A stretch of DNA of 41,781 nt, taken from IMG/VR virus record IMGVR_UViG_3300045988_102491, positions 1 to 41,781 of that record, one strand, 5' to 3'. The position numbers were made by a program, and so were the translations under genes. This stretch comes from a virus. This document shows positions 32,248-39,607 of the stretch, in pieces. The notes beneath the pieces are model-generated. The model was not told the origin of the DNA, ran no database searches, and saw only the letters and a program-made list of their open reading frames with translations. Each line of letters opens with the position of its first letter. Positions within the stretch are counted from its first letter, which is position 1.

Positions 32248-32794
32248 TGTAATTCCCCCTCAACCGCTTCTCCAGCTCTGCCCAAGCTTCCGGAGTCATG
32301 GCACGCCCACACTTCGGGCAAAAATTGTCCTTGTGACCATACTGCGCGTCTTTGCTGTTGCATTCACACTTTGAGCACCGCGGCAGGGACCATTTGCTTT
32401 CAGGGTAAATCCACTCAGCCGTCCACACCTCCCGGTCGATGTTGGCGGGAGGGTAGGCGTAGGCAAGCCACCGTTTACCATACCCATAATCTTCTGGATG
32501 TTTTGACACAAACGGGTCAAGTATTTCCCAGTGAGGCTTAGGGCTATCTTCTTGCAGTCCAACGTGCCAATAAGGCTTCCCAACCACCTCCCGCAGTTGC
32601 TCCACCGTCAGCGGCTGCATTTTGCCAGCTTCGGCAAAATGTGCAGACCTCACCGCCTCCAGGCAGGTCTCCATTATCTCCAACTGCTCCTCCCAGTTCT
32701 CCGGGCCGCACCCGTTGATCTGAGGTGCCATCCGCAGGGACCGGATTTCCTCGGTCAGGTATTTTATGGCCTTCTCGCGCTTATCGCTCGTCAT
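32240..32794 (-). CDS. Hypothetical protein with C-terminal zinc ribbon
   Basis: Start placed at M33 (MTSDKREKAIKYL) after AAGGAGG. The C-terminus is PRCSKCECNSKDAQYGHKDNFCPKCG. Confidence 0.55.
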   Translation of the reverse strand: MTSDKREKAIKYLTEEIRSLRMAPQINGCGPENWEEQLEIMETCLEAVRSAHFAEAGKMQPLTVEQLREVVGKPYWHVGLQEDSPKPHWEILDPFVSKHPEDYGYGKRWLAYAYPPANIDREVWTAEWIYPESKWSLPRCSKCECNSKDAQYGHKDNFCPKCGRAMTPEAWAELEKRLRGNYNG

Positions 32795-33125
32795 GGTTGG
32801 CCTCCTTATCTCTGATAAACGGGCATGTTTTCCACCCCATTGGCGTAGTCGAAAAAACACAGGATTCTCCGGCACATCTTTTCCCATCAAACCCAGGGTT
32901 CCCGCACATCTTAGGCCAGTCAGGGTAAAACACCTTGTTCAGCCCCAAGAATGTGGACAGGTCAGGCCCGATCCGCTTCGGTCGTGTTAGGCGTCGGAAC
33001 AAATGTCGAATTCCGAGAGGGATTTCCTCTCGCTTCTGATACTCTTCGACTTCTCCGGTGTCGGTGTGGAGAACGGTGAACGCCGTCTTTTCTCCGTTGG
33101 TAAAATACCGCACATCAATGCTCAT
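32781..33125 (-). CDS. Hypothetical protein (114 aa)
   Basis: AAAGGAGA RBS is present. It overlaps both neighbours (11 and 14 nt). No family recognised. Confidence 0.5.
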   Translation of the reverse strand: MSIDVRYFTNGEKTAFTVLHTDTGEVEEYQKREEIPLGIRHLFRRLTRPKRIGPDLSTFLGLNKVFYPDWPKMCGNPGFDGKRCAGESCVFSTTPMGWKTCPFIRDKEANHDER

Positions 33126-33444
33126 TTTTCATGTCTCCTTTCTCATTTTCAAACTTCCTCGGCTCCCATCCGATCTTCAGCAGCGCAAGCTGATTCGGAG
33201 TCAGGACGGGGGCGCGGGTGTTCCAGTATTCGATTGCTTTCTTCTCTGTGAAATGAGCACACCCATACGCTCCACAGTAATGGTTCTGGCAGGACACCGC
33301 ATATATCGGTTTCCCTCCCGTGTGTAGTTCCTGTACATCCGGGATTCCGCCACACCTCCAGCACTCCAGCAGCACCCCAGCCGCCGTCAGCCTCTCCGCC
33401 GCCTCCCGGTCGCCCAGGAGGGCTAAAACTTTATCGTCAAGCAT
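33115..33444 (-). CDS. Lar-family restriction-alleviation-like protein
   Basis: LLECWRCGGIPDVQELHTGGKPIYAVSCQNHYCGAYGCAHFTEKKAIEYWNTRAP matches the Lar pattern (C..CG ... C...C ... eAi..WNtRa). Confidence 0.65.
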   Translation of the reverse strand: MLDDKVLALLGDREAAERLTAAGVLLECWRCGGIPDVQELHTGGKPIYAVSCQNHYCGAYGCAHFTEKKAIEYWNTRAPVLTPNQLALLKIGWEPRKFENEKGDMKNEH

Positions 33445-33886
33445 CAGACTCTACCTCCCATCTTATCTTCATTTGTGCCGGGCAAAGATCGACCTCCGGC
33501 CGTCTTTTTCCGGTCCATCTAAGCCCTCCTGCCTTTCCAACGCATTTCCACCCAGTAGCCTTCAAACTAGCACCGTTTTCCGAATCCAGAATGTAAGTCA
33601 CGAGTTTCTTGTATCCCATTGCCCTTGCCGCCCTCCACGCAGCAGCATACAGCATAGAGCAAGCGTTTCTGCTCCCGTCAGTACACAGACGGTTTACCTC
33701 CAGCGTCCATCCGTCGTCTAAGTTCCTCGAAACAGGGCGGCCGACGATTGCAACGCCGACTATTTTTTCTCCGTCCGTGCATCCAATCGAAAACTTGTGA
33801 CCCACAACCGGCTTGTGGTGGCGATGGTGTTGATCTACAAAAGCGTTCGCTTCTTTCAGCGTAATCGGGCAAATATCAAGTCCCAT
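33437..33886 (-). CDS. XF1762-family (GNAT-fold-like) protein
   Basis: ITLKEANAFVDQHHRHHKPVVGHKFSIG...VGVAIVGRPVSRNLDDGWTLEVNRLCTDGSRNACSMLYAAAWRAARAMGYKKLVTYIL matches my recollection of this phage-associated family. Confidence 0.6.
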   Translation of the reverse strand: MGLDICPITLKEANAFVDQHHRHHKPVVGHKFSIGCTDGEKIVGVAIVGRPVSRNLDDGWTLEVNRLCTDGSRNACSMLYAAAWRAARAMGYKKLVTYILDSENGASLKATGWKCVGKAGGLRWTGKRRPEVDLCPAQMKIRWEVESDA

Positions 33887-34721
33887 TGCTCCATACCTCC
33901 CCGAACATGTGGCTTACAATGGCCGGTCTCAGCCATTCCCGCTGGAATCTGGACCACTCTTTGTCAACCTTCCCTTTGGCGTCACGGTATAGCATGGCAT
34001 ACGGCATAAACCCGGCCTTGATCGTCTGCTCCATACGCTCCTGCGCCTTGTCAAACGTGTCCCCCTGATACCCAATCAGGCAGTAGCAGGAGGCCACATG
34101 ACTCTGCGCCGTTACTCCTGCGTCCCGCAGCATCTTCCCGGCCTCTACAAGCGGCTCATAGTCATCTGGCGTGTCATAGGCAAAATACATGCGCTGTGCC
34201 TTAACCTCACGCAGCAGGTCACAGTGCCACGGTTTGAGCTCCTTTGCCTCCAGCCCACCGGTAAACTTCGGGCGTACCGGCTGACGTTTCAGCATGTCGA
34301 ACACTTCCCGGATATGATCCTCGGAGCACTGGAGCAAGTTGTTGTCCAAGATGTCCCATCCGTCTTTGATCTCCAACTCCCGCAGCGGTCCCTCCCGGCG
34401 TGGCGCAAGGCAAAACCAGCACTTGTTGTTGCACCCACGACTCGTTAGGGTGTATCCCTTTTTGATATACCGACCAGGAATAAACTCTCCTTCTGCTGGA
34501 TCGTCGTAGGCAGGTCCTCCCAGCTTCACCGGCACACCGGCCATCATCCAATCCTCTGCCAGCTCTTCCGCCTTTGGACGGTCGTATGTAAACGTCACGG
34601 ACACATGCACCTCGTCGATCTCCGGAAGAAGGAGAAGAGGAGGCGGTCCGAAAAATACCATATCGTCATCCGGCGTTGCCTTTGTTTTTCTCGGAAACAC
34701 TCGCGCTATTTTATCTCCCAT
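33876..34721 (-). CDS. Radical SAM-type enzyme
   Basis: 281 aa. SRGCNNKCWFC gives CxxxCxxC at aa 97-104 (nt 34433..34410), preceded by an N-terminal domain of about 95 aa. Confidence 0.65.
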   Translation of the reverse strand: MGDKIARVFPRKTKATPDDDMVFFGPPPLLLLPEIDEVHVSVTFTYDRPKAEELAEDWMMAGVPVKLGGPAYDDPAEGEFIPGRYIKKGYTLTSRGCNNKCWFCLAPRREGPLRELEIKDGWDILDNNLLQCSEDHIREVFDMLKRQPVRPKFTGGLEAKELKPWHCDLLREVKAQRMYFAYDTPDDYEPLVEAGKMLRDAGVTAQSHVASCYCLIGYQGDTFDKAQERMEQTIKAGFMPYAMLYRDAKGKVDKEWSRFQREWLRPAIVSHMFGEVWSNGT

Positions 34722-34734
34722 CTAAATCAACCTC

Positions 34735-34887
34735 TCACGCATACTTCGTACCGAACTTCGCCTGAAACTCCCTGCACGGATCTTTCTTGCATGGCTTATT
34801 CGGGTGTGGGCAGTTGTAAATACAAAACACCGCCCAATCCTTCCGGATGATCCTACCGTCGTCTTTCGACTCCTGCTCTTTTTTCAT
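34735..34887 (-). CDS. Candidate 50-aa Cys-rich mini-protein
   Basis: ATGA overlap with the upstream stop. My translation is MKKEQESKDDGRIIRKDWAVFCIYNCPHPNKPCKKDPCREFQAKFGTKYA. It is below the ORF-track cutoff. Confidence 0.45.
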   Translation of the reverse strand: MKKEQESKDDGRIIRKDWAVFCIYNCPHPNKPCKKDPCREFQAKFGTKYA

Positions 34888-35039
34888 TTATTCTCCAATT
34901 CCTGGACGATTGCCTCCAGCAGCACCCGCCCCACGACGATCCGCTTCCCCGGAGGGTTGTCCTCCAAAATCTTCCGCAGCGTCATTATCAAGGCTTCGCG
35001 CCGCGGCTGCTCACCGAGTACCGGCCTGCCGTGTCTCAT
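34884..35039 (-). CDS. Candidate 51-aa mini-protein
   Basis: Start placed at the internal ATG 35039 (ATGA overlap with the upstream stop). The translation is MRHGRPVLGEQPRREALIMTLRKILEDNPPGKRIVVGRVLLEAIVQELENK. The longer track ORF (to 35333) lies out of frame over the better 35036..35398 gene. Confidence 0.4.
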   Translation of the reverse strand: MRHGRPVLGEQPRREALIMTLRKILEDNPPGKRIVVGRVLLEAIVQELENK

Positions 35040-35398
35040 AACTTCTTTCCTCGCGCCCCAAACTTTGCAGGGATCCCATTCCGCGCTCTCCATTTCTGAA
35101 TCACTCTGCGCTTGGTTCCGACACGCTTTGCTATCTCCTCGTCGGTCATGTCCTGACCGTATAACCACCTTGCCATGTTCATATCCCAGCCTACCGGGCG
35201 GCCCGTTTCCTCGTATCTCTTCTGCGGCTGTACTTCGCCCTCCGGCCGAGGCACGATGGACTTGACTGTACATTTCTCGCGCGGGCCGCAGATAGAACTC
35301 CTGCACTTTCCGTTGTGCGTGAGATAATCGCACTCATATCCTCCATAACCATAAGCCGACTCAACTGCATCAACACAGCCTTTGCACGGATGTTCCAT
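35036..35398 (-). CDS. Cys-rich N-domain plus C-terminal HTH protein
   Basis: Start placed at M8 (MEHPCKGCVDAVESAYGYGGYECDYLTHNGKCRSSICGPREKC...). The C-terminus is MTDEEIAKRVGTKRRVIQKWRARNGIP. Confidence 0.55.
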   Translation of the reverse strand: MEHPCKGCVDAVESAYGYGGYECDYLTHNGKCRSSICGPREKCTVKSIVPRPEGEVQPQKRYEETGRPVGWDMNMARWLYGQDMTDEEIAKRVGTKRRVIQKWRARNGIPAKFGARGKKL

Positions 35399-35412
35399 AT
35401 CAATCACTCCAT

Positions 35413-35922
35413 TCAGCAATCATAAACGAATGTATACCCATTGCGGAATCGGTCCTTTACCTTTCCGTAAAGATGCCTTTTTACGCAGGAAACACTAAAA
35501 AAGTTCTTTTCTGCGGCTTCTGTGATGGAACCGTAAAACCCAAGGACGACTCCGTATTTATCTACTTTTTTGACCGGCTTTCGGGCCATCTTCATGCTCC
35601 TTGGTATTTCAGAACGTTTGACGATCATCAGGTTATTTGCACCACAGTCGCCCGAAAATCCGTTCCGGTGGATGACCACCTCGCCCGGGCCTCTGGTTCG
35701 TATGAATCGCCCCTCCATGAGGCGTACAACCGCGATCCGTTTGAATCCATCCGGCCACACGGCCAGCTTGACCGAGAGCACAGTGGACGCTCTTCCTCCA
35801 CCGCCTTTGTAGAGCAGAGGGACTAGCGTTTTCCAGCCGGACTTTAGCTTGCGCTGCACTTCGCCTTCCTCGGAGATCCGGTATTCAAACCGGTATCCCT
35901 CAATGGGCTTCCACTTTGTCAT
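35413..35922 (-). CDS. Free-standing HNH homing-endonuclease-like protein (NUMOD4-like N-terminus, HNH_3-like core)
   Basis: Start placed at M23 (MTKWKPIEGYRFEYRISEEGEVQ). The core is VIHRNGFSGDCGANNLMIV. GC is lower than in the neighbouring genes. Confidence 0.65.
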   Translation of the reverse strand: MTKWKPIEGYRFEYRISEEGEVQRKLKSGWKTLVPLLYKGGGGRASTVLSVKLAVWPDGFKRIAVVRLMEGRFIRTRGPGEVVIHRNGFSGDCGANNLMIVKRSEIPRSMKMARKPVKKVDKYGVVLGFYGSITEAAEKNFFSVSCVKRHLYGKVKDRFRNGYTFVYDC

Positions 35923-36349
35923 TCTGGCTTCGCTCCTCTTTGGCCTCTGTGATCTCCACGCAAATCGATCCGCCGGTCCAAAACTCATGGGAGACCTTTC
36001 GGAACCACCTGGGCGAATCGTCCGGCAGGAGGTAGCCCTTCATGGCGTCGACGATTGCCTTCCCGATGGCCGCGTGGTTATCGATATCCAGGCCATCGTC
36101 CCACCGGAAAACCACGGAAACAGGACCGCTCACCAGGCCCCGACGAACCCTCGCTTTACGCATGGACAAAACGGTCAACTTGTGCAGATCGTCCGCATCT
36201 TCTTTGCGCTTCGCCCAGTGCTTTCCGGAGTAGTACGCATTGAGTCCAAATCTCCGGCAGAATGCGGTTTTCCCCCTTTTTGTGGGCGGATATGGGATGG
36301 TAAATCGGATCAATGTTCCAGCCTCCAATTCTTCTTTCCGCTCAGGCAA
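35900..36349 (-). CDS. rusA: RusA-family Holliday junction resolvase
   Basis: GLDIDNHAAIGKAIVDAMKGYLLPDDSPRW is typical of RusA. The track start is TTG 36349. An alternative TTG at 36313 overlaps the upstream stop (TTGA) and lies 8 nt after GGAGG. Confidence 0.7.
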   Translation of the reverse strand: MPERKEELEAGTLIRFTIPYPPTKRGKTAFCRRFGLNAYYSGKHWAKRKEDADDLHKLTVLSMRKARVRRGLVSGPVSVVFRWDDGLDIDNHAAIGKAIVDAMKGYLLPDDSPRWFRKVSHEFWTGGSICVEITEAKEERSQNDKVEAH

Positions 36350-37128
36350 ATATAGAAATTTTTGCTACGCTCATAGATCCGGCTGCCGACCGCCTCGTCG
36401 ATGGAAAGCAGGTCCTCAACACTCCGCTCGGTGCTGATGATCGTGATCTTTTTCGAGTCGTTATACCTGGCGTTCAGAATTTCGAACGCTAGGTTTACGT
36501 CACCGGTTGTTGGCTCCTGGCCCTTGCCGGTTTTGAACAGGTCGTCGATGTACAGACAGCGGACTTTTTTCAGCGGCTCCACGATCCTGCGGTATGACGC
36601 CTCGTCGTTCACCGCTGCCTTGGCCTGAACGGACATGTCCCTCCAGAGCGCGTAGCGCGTCTCTACGCCGTTTTTTATCAGACCCCCACACAGACATGTA
36701 CACAGGTGTGTTTTGCCCGTACCGGGCCGTCCAGAGGCTAACAGCCACCCTTGCGGCCTTGACATGAAGCGCAGGACCAATTCTTTCGCCTTTTGCTGCC
36801 ATGGCTCCTGCTCCTGCCAGTTGTCCAGCGTGTACCGGCGGAGCATGTCCTCCAGGCCGCTTTTCCGCATCCGCTCCTGGCTCCTCCGGATGGTCATACA
36901 GCGGCACTGAGCCAGGTAAGACCGGCCCTGATCGTCCACCCGGTGGAAGTACCCCCGGTTGAGACACTCCGGGCAGTCATAGCCATCCAGGCTCCCTGGA
37001 ACGCGGTTCAGGCTGTCCGCCCTCATGCGGGAAAGCTCAATCTGCGTCATCGATTGCAGATCTGGCCCTCCAGCCCTGGAAAGAGCCGTCTGCATTTGCT
37101 CCGGCAGCCGGAGCGTTTCCAGCGACAT
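36310..37128 (-). CDS. DnaC/IstB-like AAA+ helicase loader
   Basis: Walker A is SGRPGTGKTHL and Walker B is CLYIDDL. It has an N-terminal Cys-rich segment (CPECLNRGYF...CRC). GAGGAGGG RBS lies 8 nt before the ATG at 37128. Confidence 0.8.
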   Translation of the reverse strand: MSLETLRLPEQMQTALSRAGGPDLQSMTQIELSRMRADSLNRVPGSLDGYDCPECLNRGYFHRVDDQGRSYLAQCRCMTIRRSQERMRKSGLEDMLRRYTLDNWQEQEPWQQKAKELVLRFMSRPQGWLLASGRPGTGKTHLCTCLCGGLIKNGVETRYALWRDMSVQAKAAVNDEASYRRIVEPLKKVRCLYIDDLFKTGKGQEPTTGDVNLAFEILNARYNDSKKITIISTERSVEDLLSIDEAVGSRIYERSKNFYICLSGKKNWRLEH

Positions 37129-37789
37129 GTTTTTTACCCTCCTCGCGCTTCTTGTCCAGCTCGTCCCAGTCCGCCAAGCTCTTCACACCGGCGGCCAGCT
37201 TCGAGCGTAAAATCCCACGAATATATGCCCAGGTCGCTTTCTTCTCGTCCAGGGCGATGTCTATCGCTCTCATGCAGCAGGCGGCCCCCATCTGCGACAC
37301 GTAGCCCTTCAGCTCGTCAAGGCTCGTCTGAGAGGCCATAGGGTTCACCCGGTCGAGATAGTAAGCAAATACCTGCTTGTCGTTTGCTTCCTGATTTGCC
37401 GGAAAGGGGGTAGGGGGATAACATTCGTTCTCTATCTCTTTCTCTTTCTCCCCCTCGTTCTCTTTCTCGCTTACACTTTGCTCTCGCTTACGGTTTGCTA
37501 CCTGTTTGCTTTCAGTTTGCTTCCGGTTTGCTTGCGGTTTGCTTCCGGTTTGCTTGCTCTCTGCTCCACGTTTCCCGTTCTCTGCTTTCCGCCTGCTTGA
37601 ATCAAGAGTCGGCTTTATCAGCTCAAAGGCGATGGCAGCGGAGTCGGGAAGTTTATCCAGATCCGGCTCCGTGCCATACAGGGCATAATTGCAGATGGCG
37701 TCATATGCGTCGGCCCTGTCCGCCTTCTTCTTGATACGGGAAAGAGCAGAGGCAAAGGATTCATAAAAAGTGAATTGGCTTCTGCTCAT
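37037..37789 (-). CDS. DnaD-domain replication initiation protein (N-terminal phage replisome-organizer-like domain)
   Basis: Start placed at M13 (MSRSQFTFYESFASALSRI...). The C-domain is VFAYYLDRVNPMASQTSLDELKGYVSQMGAACCMRAIDIALDEKKATWAYIRGILRSKLAAGV. Its 3' end overlaps the DnaC-like gene by 92 nt. Confidence 0.7.
   Translation of the reverse strand: MSRSQFTFYESFASALSRIKKKADRADAYDAICNYALYGTEPDLDKLPDSAAIAFELIKPTLDSSRRKAENGKRGAESKQTGSKPQANRKQTESKQVANRKREQSVSEKENEGEKEKEIENECYPPTPFPANQEANDKQVFAYYLDRVNPMASQTSLDELKGYVSQMGAACCMRAIDIALDEKKATWAYIRGILRSKLAAGVKSLADWDELDKKREEGKKHVAGNAPAAGANADGSFQGWRARSAIDDAD
37491..37556. repeat. Six GTTTGCT iterons with exact 11-bp phasing inside the initiator gene; candidate replication origin
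   Basis: GTTTGCT starts at 37493, 37504, 37515, 37526, 37537 and 37548. A CT-rich tract (37430..37490) is adjacent. Confidence 0.55.
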
Positions 37790-37830
37790 GGTGTCTCCTT
37801 CCTGCCTTTTGTTATAGGGAGGCATAACCC

Positions 37831-38277
37831 TTAATTAAAAGGCAGTTCTCCATCGCTGTCAGAAAGGTCTGCAAACGAGTCAGACGGAGCGGAAGGGGGA
37901 GGGGAGTAGCTCCCGGGATATCCAGAAGAGGACGGCTGGCCGGTGTCTCCATCTCGCTTGGAATCTCCGAAATACACGCTCTCAGCGATCACCTCGGCGC
38001 TCCGGCGCTTGTTGCCGTCCTTGTCGGTCCAATCGCGCATCTGGAGAGAACCGACTACCACGACCATTCGACCCTTGGAAAAGAAACGGGAGACGAACTC
38101 CGCCGTGTTACGCCAGGCCACAACGTCAATAAAGTCGGTGGACTTCTCGCCGGTCTGCTTGTCTTTGAAATCCCGGTCTACTGCAATGGAGAAGGAGGCC
38201 ACAGCCGTTCCGGACTGTGTGTGGCGCAACTCTACGTCGCGGGTGAGTCGACCCATGAAAAAGCATTTATTCAGCAT
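37831..38277 (-). CDS. ssb: Single-stranded DNA-binding protein
   Basis: OB-fold N-terminus (FFMGRLTRDVELRHTQSGTAVASFSIAVDR), a Gly/Pro/Ser linker and an acidic tip DSDGELPFN. Confidence 0.9.
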   Translation of the reverse strand: MLNKCFFMGRLTRDVELRHTQSGTAVASFSIAVDRDFKDKQTGEKSTDFIDVVAWRNTAEFVSRFFSKGRMVVVVGSLQMRDWTDKDGNKRRSAEVIAESVYFGDSKRDGDTGQPSSSGYPGSYSPPPSAPSDSFADLSDSDGELPFN

Positions 38278-38918
38278 TTATTCAACCTCTCTTTTGGATT
38301 GGAGAAAATTTTATCTTCTGACCATCCGGATTTTGATCTGTACCTGATGCAACTTTTTGATATGCCTGTTTCCGCAGACCATTCTGATATGGTTTTTGTC
38401 TCACCGAGCACTGTCAGTAAGACGGTGTTTCTCCTGTTTTCTGATTGTTCCTGGTATGTAGCCCATCTGCAATTTTGCGGGCAGTAGTCACCGTCGTTAT
38501 CAATGCGGTCTATGGTCAGACATTCCTGGTAACCATTTTCTATGGCCCATTTATAGAACGATTCAAAATTTTTACGCCAGTCCTTACAAACGGAAATTCC
38601 GCGACCTCCGTAATTCTTGTATGCGACGTGGTTCATATTGTAACAACGGGCCTTCATACCGTCCCATATGTGGTATAGCCTTGTCCCAAACATTCCGTGC
38701 TTTTTGGTTATCTCTCTCAGATGTTCGGATGCAGTTTCTTTTCGAAGGCATCCACAGCTTCTTGTGTTACCGCTCTTTAATTCTCCATACCCAACCAGCA
38801 CTTCTTTCCCACAATCGCACCTACAAACCCAGAATGTTTTAGGCCCAGGAGTTGATTCGTGCCGTAAGGCGACAAGCCGCCCGAATCTTTGGCCCGTCAA
38901 ATCCTTTTTGTATGTCAA
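38271..38918 (-). CDS. Free-standing homing-endonuclease-like / AP2-type DNA-binding protein
   Basis: LTGQRFGRLVAL...WVCRCDCGKEVLVGYGELKSGNTRSCGC, then YKNYGGRGISVCKDWRKNFESFYKWAIENGY...IDRIDNDGDYCPQNCRW. It has lower GC than its neighbours, a TTG start and a weak RBS. Confidence 0.55.
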   Translation of the reverse strand: MTYKKDLTGQRFGRLVALRHESTPGPKTFWVCRCDCGKEVLVGYGELKSGNTRSCGCLRKETASEHLREITKKHGMFGTRLYHIWDGMKARCYNMNHVAYKNYGGRGISVCKDWRKNFESFYKWAIENGYQECLTIDRIDNDGDYCPQNCRWATYQEQSENRRNTVLLTVLGETKTISEWSAETGISKSCIRYRSKSGWSEDKIFSNPKERLNKC

Positions 38919-38926
38919 GCTCGTAT

Positions 38927-39607
38927 CTATGCGCCTCCGATAGCAACTTTCTTATCCTGGTGAGCATGCAGAAACACATATCTGCTGTGTGGCCCCATCT
39001 GCTGATAGAGCCAGTCCAGGGCCTGTTCCTGACTCAGGTGGTTGGCGGCGGCCCGGTACTCATAGGCATACTGCCCGGCCTCCAGCTTGGCCTTTGCGCG
39101 GGCCTCCAGTTCCTCTCTGGTGTGGTTTGCCTCGATCAGGTATAGGTCATAGTCCTTTGCCTCTACGCCGTCCAGCGTGGCTGTATCGGTGGCGTAGAAG
39201 AGGCGCTCCCTCCGACCGTGCTCCGGCGTAAATATCAGATGATACCCGCAGTTTGGTGCGTCGTGAACAAGCTGCTGGGGTCGTATAGAGAGCGAAGGGC
39301 CATACATCAGGAACGCGGGTATGTTGTGGTCATACACATCAATCACCCGCCTGTCCACACCTGCTTCCAGCAGAGGCTCGACCATCCATTCACAGCACCC
39401 CCAGCGGAGGGTGGGACGCTCCATGTGTAGCATCCGCGCCGTATGGGTCTTGAAGTGATCTCCGTGGGAGTGCGTAAGAAGCACCAGCTTAAGATCCTTC
39501 TTGACCGGCTCCAGCGCCTTATATGGCACTCCGCAGTCAATGAGGATGCTGTCATTGATGACCACGGCGTTCCCGGTGCTGCCGGTGGCGATGACGTTAA
39601 AGGTCAT
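38927..39607 (-). CDS. MBL-fold metallo-hydrolase
   Basis: LLTHSHGDHF carries the HxHxDH motif. The position in a recombination module is typical. Confidence 0.8.
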   Translation of the reverse strand: MTFNVIATGSTGNAVVINDSILIDCGVPYKALEPVKKDLKLVLLTHSHGDHFKTHTARMLHMERPTLRWGCCEWMVEPLLEAGVDRRVIDVYDHNIPAFLMYGPSLSIRPQQLVHDAPNCGYHLIFTPEHGRRERLFYATDTATLDGVEAKDYDLYLIEANHTREELEARAKAKLEAGQYAYEYRAAANHLSQEQALDWLYQQMGPHSRYVFLHAHQDKKVAIGGA

